Assembly: GCA_964016885.1 (NCBI GenBank)
Contig: OZ024743.1
Location: 251,782,001 to 251,846,000, forward strand
Source of the DNA: Eledone cirrhosa
Lineage: Eukaryota
Reading direction: 5' to 3'
Length of the DNA: 64,000 nt
Shown piece by piece: positions 48,615-63,442 of this stretch (position 1 is the stretch's first letter; each line of letters starts with the position of its first letter). The position numbers were made by a program, and so were the translations under genes. The notes under the pieces are model-generated. The model saw only the letters and a list, made by a program, of their open reading frames with translations. It searched no databases and was not told the origin of the DNA.

Positions 48615-48679
48615 AATGTTTTAAACATAACTTTGATACTTGTGTAATCTATATATATACATTTATATATGTATAAAAC

Positions 48680-51600
48680 CTTCAAAGCACAGGCATCGCT
48701 TGTTCAGGATCTGTTAGAGGTTCGTGTGGCTGGACGTAGCCTAAAAGTGCACCAAACTCTATGATGACAGATGATAACCTTGAAGTCAATAGCAGTAAGG
48801 GCTCTGGAACTTATTGTGAAGTGGTCTGGCCCATCAGGTGTCCCATGTCACTGCAGCATGAGCCCGGTCGTCATCCTACAACTGCAAGGAGGTTCAAACC
48901 TCTGAATATTAGATGTTGGAATGTAAGAACTTTACTGGATTCCCAGTCCAGTAAAACTCGCCCTGAAAGAAGATCTGCTTTGGTGTCGAGGGAACTCGAT
49001 CGCTATGGCATGGACATCGTTGCTCTTTCAGAAACGAGATTGGCAGGTGGGGGTCAATTCACAGAACAGAAGGGAGGATATACCTTCTATTGGAGTGGTG
49101 GAGCAGAGGGTTGTAGGAGAGAGAGGCAGGGGTCGCATTTGCAGTCAGGAATGGAATCGTCTCAAAGCTGGAAATCTTCCTTGTGGATTCATTGATCGGA
49201 TAATGTCCATGAGAGTCCCTCTGATTCAAAACCGCTTTGTGTCTCTGGTCAGTGTGTACGCTCCTACTATGTGCGCCAGTGATGATGAAAAACTAAGTTT
49301 CTACATGTCTTTGAGAGAGGTCATCCATGGTATACCTTATGCAGACAAGATTGTCATCCTTGGTGATTTTAATGCACGTGTTGGGAATGACTGGGATGCT
49401 TGGAGTGTGATGGGCAGGCATGGAGTAGGTAAGTGCAATAATAATGGTCTACTTCTGTTGCAGATGTGCACTGAGATAGATCTTGTTGTTGGGAACATGC
49501 TCTTTAAGCAGAAAGACAAATATAAGACAACTTGGATGCATCCAGGTTCAAAGAAGTGGCACCTTAACGAGAAAACGTGATATCGGGGATATCACATTGG
49601 TTCATGTATTGCGAGGCGCGGAATGTTGGACTGATCAACGTCTGGTGCGCGCCAAGTTTCAATTTGTTGTGAAGCCCAAAGTAAGGAGGAAGAAGGTTGC
49701 ACTTCTAAGACAACTAAACGTGGCTCATCTGAAAACAGAGAAAGTCAGAGCTGAGCTTTCGAGGTTCCTTGAGTCCATGGAATGTAAAAACACTTGGGAA
49801 TCATTGAAGAAAACCGTCAATGATGTTAGTGCTGGAGTTTTGGGTCATACCAATAGAAAGCATAAAGACTAGTTCATTGAAAATGATCCAGTGATCCAGA
49901 CCTTGCTTGAAGAGAAACAAAAAGTGCTGACATCATTGTTGTGTGAGACACGTTCTGACAGGAGTGACCGGACCTTCAGGCAGATCAAGGCACGTGTGCA
50001 ACATCGATTGAGAGCCATGCAGGATACCTGGTGGAGCCAAAAGGCTGATGACATCCAGAAGGCCTTAGATAGACATGATACAAAGCTCCTATACAGTCTG
50101 CTCAGGGAGGTGTATGGTCCGACCGGTTCACAAATATCACCACTTCGCTCCTGGGACGGCAAGGAATTGCTCAGAGATCCGAAGGAAATCCTGATCAGGT
50201 GGCATGACCACTTTGATGATTTTCTCAACAGACCAGAAATTGATGATGAGTTCATCCGGTCAATTCCATCCAGACCTACAAAGCTGGCAATGGCTGATCC
50301 TCCTTCATTTGATGAGGTGGCGAAGGCCATTGCCCAATTAAACAGCAGCAAGTCACCTGGAATAGATGGACTGAGTGCTGAGATTTTCAAGTGTGCTGGT
50401 GATAACTTCTTAAACTACCTCACTGATCTCTTTGTGAATGTTTGGAATGAAGAAGATGTACCACAGGATTGGAAAGATGCATTGATGGTGGTACTTTACA
50501 AAGGAAAGGGAGCCAAAGATGACTGTGGCAACTACAGAGGTATTTCACTGCTATCTGTGGCTGGGAAGATCTTGTGCAGGATTTTGTTGGACAGATTGAT
50601 ACAGCACATTGCTGTTGAGGTACTTCCTGAGTCCCAATGTGGCTTTAGGTATGGCAGAGGCACTGTTGACATGATCTTCTCGGCCAAACAACTTCAAGAG
50701 AAATGCATTGAGCAGTGCATGAACTTATACCAAGTTTTTGTCGATCTGACCAAGGCATTTGACACTGTTAATCGGAAGGCTTTGTGGGTTATTTTGAAGA
50801 GATTGGGCTGTCCTGAAAAGTTTGTGAACATTCTGAAACTCTTCCACGATTACATGCAGGCATGGGTGAATGTTGGAGGTAAACTGTCTGGGCCAATCTC
50901 GGTTGAAAATGGTGTCAAGCAGGGTGATATACCTGCACAGACTTTGTTTGCCTTGTATTTCGCGATGGTGTTCTTCATGGCCTTCAAAGATTGTCAAAAC
51001 GGTATCTATCTCAGATATTGCACTTTTGGCAGGCTGTTTAACCATAGGCATCTCACTGCCAACACTAAGGTACTGAGTACCTTGATCAGAGAATTTTTAT
51101 ATGCAGATGATTGTGATCACTTTGCACACTCCCAGAGTGACATGTAACACCTTATGGATTCTTTTTCCAAAGCGTGCAGTGCTTTGGGACTGACAATCAG
51201 TCTGAAGAAGACTGTCGTCATGTACCAGCCTGCTCCGGATAAAGTTTTCAAGGAACCCTCCATACATGTATACGGTCAAAGGCTGAAGGCTGCTGACACA
51301 TTTGTGTATTTGGGGAGTACTCTGAGTGTGGCCTGCTCTCTGGATGCAGAAGTTGGTTTACATGTTAGTAAGGCAAATGAGTCATTTGGAAGGCTCAACA
51401 ACCATCTTAGGTGCAGGCAAGTAATCACAATGAGGACCAAGGTGAGAGTGTATGCTGCATGTGTACTGTCAGCTTTGCTGTATGCATGTGAGACATGGGT
51501 TGCCTACAAAAGGCATATCCACAGACTGGAACGGTTTCAGCAGTGTCTCAGAAAGATGCTTAGTATCAAGTGGCAGATGCATGTGAGTGATGTTGATGTC

Positions 51601-52232
51601 CTTGAGAGAAGTGAGTGTCAGAGCATTGAGAGTATCATCCACCAATGGCATTTGTGATGGACCGGACACCTCTGCAAAATGGGGCACGATCGAATCCCAA
51701 AACAACTCGTGTATGGCGAGCTTTTTGAGGGTAAGAGACCACCTCACAAGGATTGTGTAAAGGACTCATTGAAAAAAACAGGTTTGATGATGGCTGACTG
51801 GGAGATAGAAGCTCTTGAAAGAGAGACTTGGCATGGAATGGTGAATGATGGGGTCCATAATTTTGAGGACAGACGCATATAGCATGAGAAGATCAAATGG
51901 GATGTGCGTAAGCAATGCCCTGGTGTATCTCTCGAAACAATCGGTGTCTCCATTGAATTGAAGTGCCCTGAGTGTGGAAAAATTTGCTTGAGCAAATCTG
52001 GTCTCAGGAGCCACAGTCGCCATGTTCAAAGAGAACCAGGGAACTATGACCTCCACAGTGTTGTGAGGGTTCACGGGCAACCTGATGGAGGACCTCAAGC
52101 CATGGAGAGCCATAATTGTCGTCTGTGTGTGAAGGAGTGCAAGTCTCTAGCAGGCTTGAAAAGTCATATCCGAGCGTCCCACATCTGAATCTGACAAACG
52201 ATTGCAATACTCTTGGTAGAGTTTGCAGCCAT
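48680..52232 (+). mobile_element. RTE/BovB-like LINE, near full length, frameshifted
   Basis: WNVRTLLD..RPERRSALVSRELDRY..ALSETR, YAPT, GDFNARVG, TTWMHP, NYRGISLL, ESQCGFR, FLYADD and two C-terminal C2H2 fingers. Confidence 0.93.
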
Positions 52233-53244
52233 CATATATATATATGTATTTGAGTGCATATGTATATATAGTAAAGAAAATAACATAGAGCTGAAAATGC
52301 ACTAAATATTTTTACATAATTCTATGTAAATCGTTATATTACAAAACAAAAAACATGAGATATGTAATATAAAAAAGAAATATTTGCACTGCTGTATTGG
52401 CTGGTTTATACTCAGTTTACTTCTTGATACAAATGTTGTATGCATATATGTACATATTTATGTATATATATTTGTGTGTGTGTGTGTGTGTAGGTAAGCA
52501 TGTATGTATATATATATATATGTGTGTGTATGTTGATATGCGTATATGTATATGTATGTATGTGTGTGTGTATGTGTATACATATGTATGTCTCTCCCAA
52601 TTCACCATTACAGCAGTATAACTACAAGATATGTGCCTCATCTGGTGTACATGTTTATCTGCCACTGTATTTTAAACATATCAGCTTTAGTGGGGAGGAG
52701 GACTGCAAAACAGTTTGGTTGATTGAAGAATTCTTCTAGAGATACATACATTTAGTTATATTGTGCTGGAATATTATCTTGGAAACATTTTATCTCATTT
52801 TGATTTAAACTGTATTATCACTGAATACACCGTTTAGCTATTATTGTTGCCTTAGGCATCTCAGTTATTTCTGTCAAATTTAATCACCTAAATGCTGATG
52901 GGAGATTCACTGTTGTAGAGTTACGTAGCTATTTGCTTAAAAATGTTTATAACTACTTTATGCATACACACATGGCTGTATGTTTGTATGTGTGTCTGTG
53001 TGTGTGTGTCTATGTATGTGGATATATAAAATAGCTAGGTAATCTATTTGTTAAGAAATATTTATAGATGCTGTCAACATTCTGTTTAAGAATATTTTAT
53101 GTTTGGTCTGGACTCACCTTAAGCATTCCGGTTTCTTTGTAAATTAATGATTGCATAGACTAACCTATAGACAATGAAAATATTTTAATTGCCTCTATGA
53201 TAATTAAACTTTCCCTTATAAACTTTCTAATAAAAGACACTGCC

Positions 53245-53642
53245 TATGATTTTCAAATAATTTTGGAAAATTATCAAGAACTTAGAGGAACTTAGAATAT
53301 AACTACATTTCTTATTATGAAGCTTGTGTTTGGAACATAACTTAATAAAGGTTCTTACAAAAGTTATGATGGAAGATTTTTAGATAAATATAAACACTTT
53401 TATTATCATATTTCTAATAGGATTTTCAGATAATTTTGAAAATAATCAAGGTTTTGGTTTGACATTGTAATTAATCCAACTAAATTTTTCAATATGAAGC
53501 TTGTGTTAGGAACATAACTTAACAAGGATTCTTACATAAAATTATAATGTTTTTTTAGATAAATACAAACACTTTAAATCAAATAGCTTCCAATAATACA
53601 ACTAGTGATGAGTTTTATGTGCTTTGGTATCAAAAGGGTTAA
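53245..53642. mobile_element. piggyBac-like MITE remnant with ~170-bp internal duplication; related to ~32210-32407
   Basis: Ends ggtatcaaaaggg-TTAA; atgaagcttgtgtt.ggaacataacttaa occurs twice. Confidence 0.55.
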
Positions 53643-54206
53643 AGTTATCAGTTGTTATAATCTGAATAATAAAAATAGTCCTTTATTTACAACATCTGTA
53701 ACTATAGAATGAACATCTCTATCATCTAAGAGGCTGAGTATTCCACAGACATGTATACCATTAATTAGAGATTCATCATGATATTATATGTGACAAAGGT
53801 AGCCCTTTGAAGTATAACCCATCATTTATTATAGTGTATATGGTGAAGTATTCCACAAATATGTTTAACTTTAACATTATCCTGAGGGAAATTCATCATG
53901 CCATAGTATGTGTCAAGTGTGGCCCTTTGAATTATAGGTACAGTCCATCTGATAGGCTCCCAAAAGGTTTCCATCTTTTCAATTTCACCCACAATGTGTG
54001 TTGAACGCCATTTTCAAATGCCAATGGTATTGAATGGCAGTTTCACTGCTAAAGGGAGAGTTATCCATGTGTGCTCCATTACAGGCTTCAATCTCATCAT
54101 GGAGTCCCTTTAAAGGCAATGTTTTATAGCCTGATGCCTTTCCTAGTGCCAAATCTTTTATCCACATGTTATAACACAGGAATACAGTGTATCTATTCTA
54201 AATGTG

Positions 54207-54690
54207 TTACGTACAATTTAAAGGATTTTTCAAATGTGGAGTTGATGTTACTGCTCTGGTTGTACATCCTTTATTATGTCTTGTCCAAGTTGACATATAG
54301 ACCAACACTTTAGCAGTATTTTCAAGGCTGTGCAAGAGAGACTCTGCAACACAGACTTCATCTGCTAGTAGCACCAGGTCATCAACATAATCCGCATATG
54401 TGATGGTCATAGTTAGAAAGTGTCTGCTTCTGGCTGGTTGAAGAGTGAATCATTTGTCTTTGTTTTCATTTACAGAGATGTGTAGAACATAATATAGATA
54501 TATAGTAAACAGATAGGATGCCAAGGTGTCTCCCTGGTGGATACCAGCCACTATGTTAAATAACTCTGTGTCATCATCTGGAGAACGAACTATAAATTGA
54601 GTATTTCTATACAACATCATAATGGCATTGACAGTTTCCTGTGGGATACCTTATGCAAGAAGTATTTTTAATTTTCTCTTTGTATATCAA
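54207..54690 (-). pseudogene. RTE-type RT remnant
   Basis: GIHQGDTLASYLF..DYVDDLVLL..AESLLHSLE. Confidence 0.75.
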
Positions 54691-55557
54691 ATCAATAGTG
54701 GGGCTGCTTGCTTATATTCAGTGACAACATTTTCATACTCATCGTTGGGAGTGGTGATTTCAGAAATATTTTGCAGGAATTCATATCTAGAATTCATAAT
54801 TAATAGGATGGAGCTTTGTGAATAAATGCGTTGCTGAAAGATCACAGCCATGTTGTAAGAATTTGGAAAAATCTATTTCTACAATTCTCTGTTTTTAACA
54901 TTGATATTTTTCTTACTTGTGGACTGCTATGATCTCCAAATCAGAACCCTGTATATCTACACACACACACACACACACAATCTCTCTCTCTCTCTCTCCT
55001 TGACAGATATATAAAATAAAAATTCCTTATTTCTAACTATTTATATACACACACAAACACGACCCCCCCCCCCCATATATGTATGTATGTGTGTGTTTTG
55101 TGTAATAAGAGAGTGACAAGAAGGGTTGTGTAACTCTATCAACAAGATTTAGACAGAATGAAGTAGACCAAATGTAAATTTGTTGTCAGTTATAATATAA
55201 ATATTGACTAACACCTATTTTCCATGAAATAAGATCAGAAAACTCTTCAGTCAACTGTCTTTTCCTTATTTTTTATTTCCACTCAGCTTAAATTACTGCA
55301 GATATTGTTAATGTTATTGTTCCCATACATTATGAAGGGATTGTTGTAGTTGCTGCTTATGAAGATGTTACAGTTATCATTGTTGCAGTTGTTGTAGTAG
55401 ATTAATTCATAAACTCACAAGAACTAAATGTTACAAATGTATTAGTCCGCCTCTTTACATCTTAAGTTGCATGCTTCACCCATGGTAGAGATTTAGTACC
55501 AAAATAATTGACTTACAACTGTTGTAAATGGTTGAAAATGCTGATGTTGTTGTTTAA

Positions 55558-55767
55558 CCCTTTAGCATTTACATTACTCTATATATACTATTGTATTTTC
55601 GCAGTAAAGACATTATCTCACATAATATCTCACATAATATTGAATCTATGAGATTTTGATATTATTTATTTTGAGAACAATATCTTAACATCAGTATGAG
55701 TGGCCAGTAATGGCTTGTTTGAATTGAAAGATGTGAGAGCATTCTGGCCAGTTTAAATGCTAAAGGG
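55558..55767. mobile_element. piggyBac-type MITE (210 bp)
   Basis: TTAA-ccctttagcattta ... taaatgctaaaggg-TTAA. Confidence 0.85.
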
Positions 55768-56135
55768 TTAACTCCAAATTACTACTAAGTAAGCAGACTT
55801 GTGATCAAAGCTGTTTGAAACCAAGATCAGTGTTATGTGTGTCAACATCATCATCATTATTATCAGTAGACTGGGTTTTAAAACCCAGTCCAGGTGCCCA
55901 AGAGACACTAACTAAGAGATTGTTGAGGACCAGAGGCATGTCTTTACTGCTAAGCTAAGGTGACTCTAGCCAACAAACTGCTGAGTGCTGAGGGCCAGAG
56001 TTGCATTTTCACTGCTGACTGTTGAGGGTCAGCATGTGTTTTCACTGCTCATATATATATATATATATACACACACATACTACATACATATATGCATGCA
56101 CACACACACACACACCATACACACACATATATATA

Positions 56136-56450
56136 TAAGAAATGAAGCGTGTATGCTCTGATGGATGTGTAATAGTAGTGTGCATGAACACCGAAGCGTC
56201 AGTGAACTGAAAGAGAAACTAGACATAAGAGGGGTCTGATGAAGTGTGCAGGAGATTCCAGTGATATGGAGGATGAGAGCTGTATAAAAAAATGCAAGGT
56301 ACTCAAAGTCAACAGAAACTATGGACAATGAAGACCTAGGAATGCTTGGGATGAAGTTATAAAAACTAACCTTGCTAAAATAAACCCCACAAAAGAAATG
56401 ACACAGGATAGAGATTTTGGGAGCTATGCTGCACTGTAGAAAATTCACCT
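56136..56450 (+). mobile_element. Old RTE 3' remnant
   Basis: RNEACML*WMCNSSVHE..ELKEKLDIRGV. Confidence 0.8.
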
Positions 56451-56676
56451 TCCTATGTTCACAAAATGAAGCAAACATGTAGAGCACACTAGTCTGCATC
56501 AATCGACTCTTATCCTTCCTCATTCACCCGCCCCAGCCTTAATACCCCATGCACTTTGTCCATGTTGAACTTGCTTAGGTTGGCTTGGGTACTTTTTATC
56601 ATTGCGCCAGTGCTATATATATACCCAAACCATGCAAACATAAAAACGATGATGATGATATATATATACATACATA

Positions 56677-56725
<49 letters not shown>

Positions 56726-56806
56726 GTATATATATGTATATATATATGTGTGTGTGTGTATATATATATATGTATATACATATATGTATATATATATGTG
56801 TGTGTG

Positions 56807-56878
<72 letters not shown>

Positions 56879-58023
56879 TGTATATAATATAACTAATGAA
56901 TAGTTTATCGCTCTACATGGCTGAATACAATAAATGTAATCTGAGTTCTTCGAATATTAATGATAATGTTTGATTCATTTGTAATTATGCACAAACAGCC
57001 TCTTTAAGTAATGTCAGTAGAATGACCTCGTCATTCTTGCCCTTGTGTATATTATCAGAACCATTGAGCAAGTTACAAATTTCAAACTTTAAAACTAACT
57101 GTAAGTTAGCAGCTTCAATGCACATTTTCAGCATAAAATCTCCTTTCTAAGAAAGTAGAAGGGGATCATATGCCCAAATTAGATTATTTTTCAGATTCAG
57201 AAACATGAATTGAAGCTGTTAAATTTAAGTTAACTTTAAAATTCAAATATACATTACATACACTCACACACATATAGTTATGGACCAGGATCTCAAGTAA
57301 GGAATACCACAACATTCTTAAAGAGCTATCAGTACTACAGAAGAACAGCAGTAGAAGGGACAGCTGCTGAGAATAAATATGTATGTATGGGGAGAGGTGG
57401 GGGAATGGAGCAGGCTAAGTAGAGAAAGGATGACTATATAGAGATACCAGACACTAAATGTAGACATCCTACCCACCCCATCATGCAATATTTAGATACC
57501 ACACACCAACCACCCATATCTCAATACATGCACACGCACATACACAGAGATATACACACACATACAAACATACATACAAACATACATACCTACCTACATG
57601 CATACATACATATACACATACATACATACACACATTTTCTCTGTTGTTGTCATTTAATCCTTTATGACTTTCCAGAATTCCTTTGTCACATTTTAAGGGT
57701 GAAGTAGGTGGCACAATATATCCCATCCCTTATTTTTAACTGTTGATGTTCAACCCCAGGTGCAATAATGAGACTGGATCTATAAACACTATCGTTCCAG
57801 CCATGACTATCATGTCTTTTTATTTTCTCAGATATTGTGTAATTAGAGCTAGACTGTGAATTGTGACTTTTTATTTTATTTTTTCAAGATGCTACTATGT
57901 AATTTGAGGGAGTTTTGTCTGCTATTTCTTGCAGTCCTAACGACCATGTAGAGGTTTCTCTAGTTAGGTCTTATTTTTGACAGTAGAAATGTTAGCTATT
58001 TGATACCTGGGGTATTCCTTGTT

Positions 58024-58086
<63 letters not shown>

Positions 58087-58440
58087 GTATTTCTCTCTCA
58101 TCCTCCTTGTACCCCCTATTTCATGTATGTATGTGTGTATGTATGTATTTATGTATGCATGTATGTATAGAGGCATGTATAATGTATATATGTATGTATA
58201 ATTTATGTATGTATGCATAATGTATGTACAGTATATAGATACTTAACAAAGAAAGTGATACCTTATGTAGTGATTAATGCTTATCTGATACAGAACTCAA
58301 TACCAAGTGTAAAGTGAAATATATTTTATACCTTGAAAGGTGACAACTGCTAATAAGCCTCATCTTACTGGCTCCTCTGACAGTCAAAGGAACCAACTGA
58401 AATTTATATGTAACTCTCCCCTTTAAAACAATATATATAT

Positions 58441-58592
58441 TGTAGAGAATTAGTACCCAATGGCTGAGCTTTTGCAGTCAAAATGGCAAAAGCTCAGCCG
58501 TTGGACACTAATTATTTACAATTCTTACACTTTACTCCCCCAAGTATCAAGTGCTTAGCTGAGCAATGGTTTTATTAGTTGAAGCTCGTAAA
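58441..58592 (+). mobile_element. HHR-3'-half fold-back mini-element, divergent copy 8
   Basis: Arms tgtagagaattagt..caatggctgagcttttgc / gcaaaagctcagccgttg..actaattatttaca, then a ccccaagtatc tail. Confidence 0.65.
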
Positions 58593-58626
<34 letters not shown>

Positions 58627-58627
<1 letters not shown>

Positions 58628-58976
58628 CATCATCATCATCATCATCATCATCATTTTACGTCCGCTTTTCCCTGCTTGCAAGGGTGGGACGGGAACTGAT
58701 TCTGGCTTGATTTCTACAGCTGGATGCCCTTCCTAACACCAACCTCATTTACAGTGAGTGCTGGGTGCTTTTTTGCCATGGCACCTCCACGACCACGTTG
58801 CAGTGGAATGATAGGGACCCCAGTCCCTATCATCTCATTTCTACAGCTGAGTAAACTGGAGCAATGTGAAATAAAGTGTCTTGCTCAAGGAAACAACACA
58901 TCACCCGGTCTGAGAATTGAACTCACAACCTTTCGATTGCAAGGCGAATGCTCTAACCACTAAGCCATGTGCTTCC
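58627..58976 (-). mobile_element. SINE family B, full length
   Basis: Reverse-complement match to 25889-26224. Confidence 0.9.
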
Positions 58977-59395
58977 ATATATATATAAAAAACTATATAT
59001 ATAGGACTCTTTCTTTGTTGAAACTATGATTGCCAGCCACGAAATATGGAAGACTGTTTGCCAAGAAGGTATAAAGAGCATTGAGAAATCTCATTTAGCC
59101 CACTTCCATGAGATAAGATTTAACACCAAAGTTCAGTCAGGCATTCCAGCCTGCTGTTCTGTTTAAGATAGTCACCTACACCAAATATGGATTGATGTGT
59201 ACATCAGCAGTTGGTTTGAAGTGCCATTTAAGGCATAAACATCAAACAATGAACTGAAAAACTGTTGAACCCTCATACATAGAATTGACAGGAGAGTCCA
59301 TCATATATAAGTCCAGCATGTAGATGTAGAGAACTTACATTGTAGTGTAGAAAAATAGGATGAGAGAATAAAGGAAGAGAGACAGGGTGGTGTAA

Positions 59396-59429
<34 letters not shown>

Positions 59430-60087
59430 ATTTAACAAGGAAAATAAAATAGAAGTTGAAGATAGATTCATAATTAGTTTTAGGATTGTTTCAAAGAATT
59501 GGCTGATAATGGTCAATTTTTCTCAAAAGGATGACGGTGAGATGGATCAGGAATTTTGAGACTAGAAATAGATGGTGACATAATCACTACTTATTAGTCA
59601 ATATATCAATTTACTATGACCAATCAACTCTCTGAAATGATTGTAAGACAATGAAATAATTAAGAACCTATCTTCGACTTTTGCTTTATTTTCATTGTTA
59701 AATACACACACTCATATATATATATATAAATGACTCTCTACCTAGAGTAGAATCTTTGAGAGAATGTTATGTGATGAGAGCCTACAACAAAACTATAGCT
59801 CTCACTGCCTAATATTGTTGAAACCATCCTTTCAAGACTGCATTGAGTTCTAATAATGCTATCAGGCCCCTCCATAAATAGGTGCATACCAATATATAAA
59901 CACACGCACTCGCACTCACACACACACTCACACACAGCCACACACTCACATGCACACACCCACACACACACACATATATGTATGTATGTATGTAAAAGGT
60001 AAACAGAAATAACAAAAACAACAACACAAACGGCACAGTACATGGAAGAAATATATTAGTTTAACGCTTGAAACACCAGGAAGAGAG

Positions 60088-60123
60088 TCTTAACGTTTCA
60101 GACACTAGTGCTTCATCAGAAAA
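60088..60123 (-). ncRNA. Minimal hammerhead-like motif
   Basis: tttt CUGAUGA agcactagtgtct GAAACGUU aaga; stems are weak. Confidence 0.5.
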
Positions 60124-60259
60124 TAGCATTAGAAATGGAAGATAGATACAGTGACAAGAGGAGGGAATGGTGAAATATGAGGAAAAAAAAACACACGTGT
60201 GTATTTAGTTGGCCATGATACATACATATATAAATACACACACACACTCATATATAAGC

Positions 60260-60345
<86 letters not shown>

Positions 60346-60348
60346 ATG

Positions 60349-60545
60349 ATAAGATTCAGGACCCCAACGGCTGAGTTCCAGCCGTTTCAACAGCTAGATC
60401 CGAACAGTTGGATCTAGCTGTCGAAATGGCCGGAGCTCAGCCGTCGGGGTCCTGACTCTTCTCTTATTACCCACTCTACTACCCCAAGTATCGAGTACTC
60501 TGGTGGGTTATGGTCTACCTGGTTTTTACCACACCCTATGTAATA
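60349..60545 (+). mobile_element. HHR-3'-half fold-back mini-element, copy 9
   Basis: ~53-bp arms; tc GAAA tggc-cggagctca-gccg TC ggggtcc; family tail. Confidence 0.8.
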
Positions 60546-60549
60546 TATT

Positions 60550-60621
<72 letters not shown>

Positions 60622-60622
<1 letters not shown>

Positions 60623-63074
60623 CATGGTGGTGGAACAGTAAGGTGGAGGAGTCAATTAAGGCCAAAAAGCAGGCTTGGAAAGTATGGCGGGATGGGGGAA
60701 GTAGAGAAGACTATCAAGTGGCCAGGAGGGAACCTAGGAGACAAGTGTACTTAGCAAGAAGGGAAGCAGAGGAAAGAAAGTTCAAGCATGTTCTACAACG
60801 CGAGGACCAAAAACGTGAGGTGTTCAGGATTGCTAGGCAATGTGTCAAGGAAAACCGTGATATTGTCGGGGAGATGTATGTCCTTAATGATGATGGTGTA
60901 CTTGCCATCACTGACGCTGATAAGAAGGTAGCTTGGAAGTGTCACTATGAAAGGCTACTAAATGAGGAGAATAAATGGGAGAAAGACAGTCTCCCCCACA
61001 TCGATCCAATAGAGGGACCAGCAGTGTTAGTCGAAGGTAGTATAATAAGTAAGGCAATCAAAGATATGAAGACGGGTAAGGAGGCTGGGCCTTCGGAAAT
61101 AGTTGCTGATATGCTGAAAGCTTCTGGAACGGTGGGACACACCATGGTCACCCGGATAGTAAATCAAGTCATACAGAATGGGGTTGTTCCGAAGGACTGG
61201 CGTAGCAGCATCATCATTAACTGCTACAAGGGTAAAGGAGATGCCCTAGATAGGAGTAAGTATAGAGGCATTAAATTAATCGACCAGGTCATGAAGGTCA
61301 CAGAAAAAGTAATAGCGCAACTAATCAAAGAGAGAATTGATCTAGATGAAATGCAGTTCGGGTTTGTGTCAGGTAAAAGTACCACAGACGTTCTTTTCAT
61401 TGTACGACCACTAGAGGAGAAGTACCTAGCTAAAAGTAAACTCCTATACTTAGCTTTCGTTGACTTGGAGAAAGCCCTCGACAGAGTCCCCCCGTTCCAT
61501 TATCTGGTGGGCTCTTAGAAAACTAGGTGTTGATGAATGGCTTGTGAGAGCTATACAAGCCATGTATAAAGAAACAGTCAGCAAGGTTAGAGTTAACAAC
61601 GAATATAGTGAAGAGTTTAGCGTAAAAGTTGGTGTTCATCAGGGCTCCGTTCTTAGCCCCCTACTATTTATTATTGCCCTTCAGGCTATAACAGTGGAGT
61701 TCAAGACCGGCTGCCCATGGGAACTCCTATACGCAGATGATCTAATGCTCATAGCTGAATCAATGGCCGAGCTAGAGAAGAAATTCCAAACATGGAAGCA
61801 TGGCCTAGAATCAAACGGCCTTAAAATTAACCTGTCTAAGACTAAAGTTCTAGTTTGTAGGAAGGAAAATAGGGCACCGGTCCCATCCGGGAAATGGCCA
61901 TGCTCAGTGTGTAGGAAAGCAGTAGGTAGAAACTCCATTTTATGTCCCAAATGCAAAGTATGGGTGCATAAAAGATGTAGTGGGATCACAGGTAAGCTAA
62001 CTAAGAACATAGATTTTATATGTGGCCGGTGCTCTGGTGCAATAAGTAGCAGCAAGTGCCCAGAGAATACTAGCTCATTCCATTGCACAGATGGTTCTAT
62101 AGAAATAGTGGACACCTTCCGTTAATTGGGTGACAAAATCAGCAGTGGGGGAGGGTGCTCTGAAAGTACAGTAGCTAGAGTCAGAACTGGATGGAAAAAG
62201 TTCAGAGAGCTTATACCACTATTAGCTGCTAAAGGGTTCTTTCTAAAAATGAAAGGCAGGCTGTATGATGCCTGCATACGAACAGCAATGTTACATGGCG
62301 GTGAGACCTGGGCATTGTGTGCAGAGGATATATGCAGACTGGAGAAGAACGAAGCTTGCATGCTCCGCTGGATGTGTAATAGTAATATACGTGAACGGCA
62401 AAGCATAAACGAACTAAGGGAAAAATTAGAAATAAGAGGGATCAGATGTTGTTTACTCGAGAGAAGGCTACGTTGGTATGGTCACGTGATGCACATGAAA
62501 GACGACTGCTGTATAAAAAATTGCAGGGCAATAAAAATAGACGATAGCCACAGAGTAGGCAGACCCAGAAAAACCTTGGACAACTTGATAAATTCCGACC
62601 TCACACACTTACACCTCTCCAAGACAATGTCACTGGACTGAGATATTTGGCGCTACACAGTAATACAGAAGACCCGCCTTATCTAAGTACAAAGTGAAAC
62701 CTACTACAGTCAGTAGGCACCTCTAACAAAATACACCCCCGTCCCACTACCCCCACCCCATCCACACCACCGCTTTCAATGTAAAGTTACGTTGGTACCA
62801 CAACATCCAGTCCGAAACAAATGAGGTCGTGTAGGTGTCACGACAAAAAAACACACAGTCCACGCTGAAATAGGCCGTGTAGGTAACATGGTAAAAACCT
62901 CCCAGTCCACACTGTAAACGTGGTTGGTGTTAGGAAGGGCATCCATCCGTAGAAAACCCACGAGACAGTCCTATGCGAGCGAGACAACCACTCTTGCCTC
63001 AATTGGGAAAACTCCTGTCCAAACCCATGCAAGCGTGGAAGATGGACATTAAACAATGATGATGATGATGATGA

Positions 63075-63077
<3 letters not shown>
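60622..63077 (+). mobile_element. RTE-clade LINE (second subfamily), 5'-truncated, frameshifted
   Basis: ORFs 60643-61518, 61460-62125 and 62126-62641 are homologous to 23187-25262; (GAT)n tail. Confidence 0.93.
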
Positions 63078-63115
<38 letters not shown>

Positions 63116-63409
63116 GAGAGAGAGAAATTGAAGAGGAATTAATGCTGAATGAGTAAACCTAGAGCTGAGAAAAAATAGAAACTTTGATAGACACTAAAAT
63201 ACATACTTTACCAACATATAATCACAAACACACCATCGATACCACCAAGACACATACACACACACACATACGCACAGACAAAGAGATAATGTTGTAAAAC
63301 AGAAAAGAATCAAATTTTAAAAAAATGATAAGATCAAAAACAATATCAATTGCATACTTGTGTGTGTGTGTGCGTGTGTGTGCAAGTGTTTGTGTGCAAT
63401 ATGTATATG

Positions 63410-63442
<33 letters not shown>

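Noticed and set aside
56990-57150. Possible minus-strand exon after a ttctactttcttag acceptor
   Set aside because: Short frame ending in a stop, with no recognisable protein and no other support.
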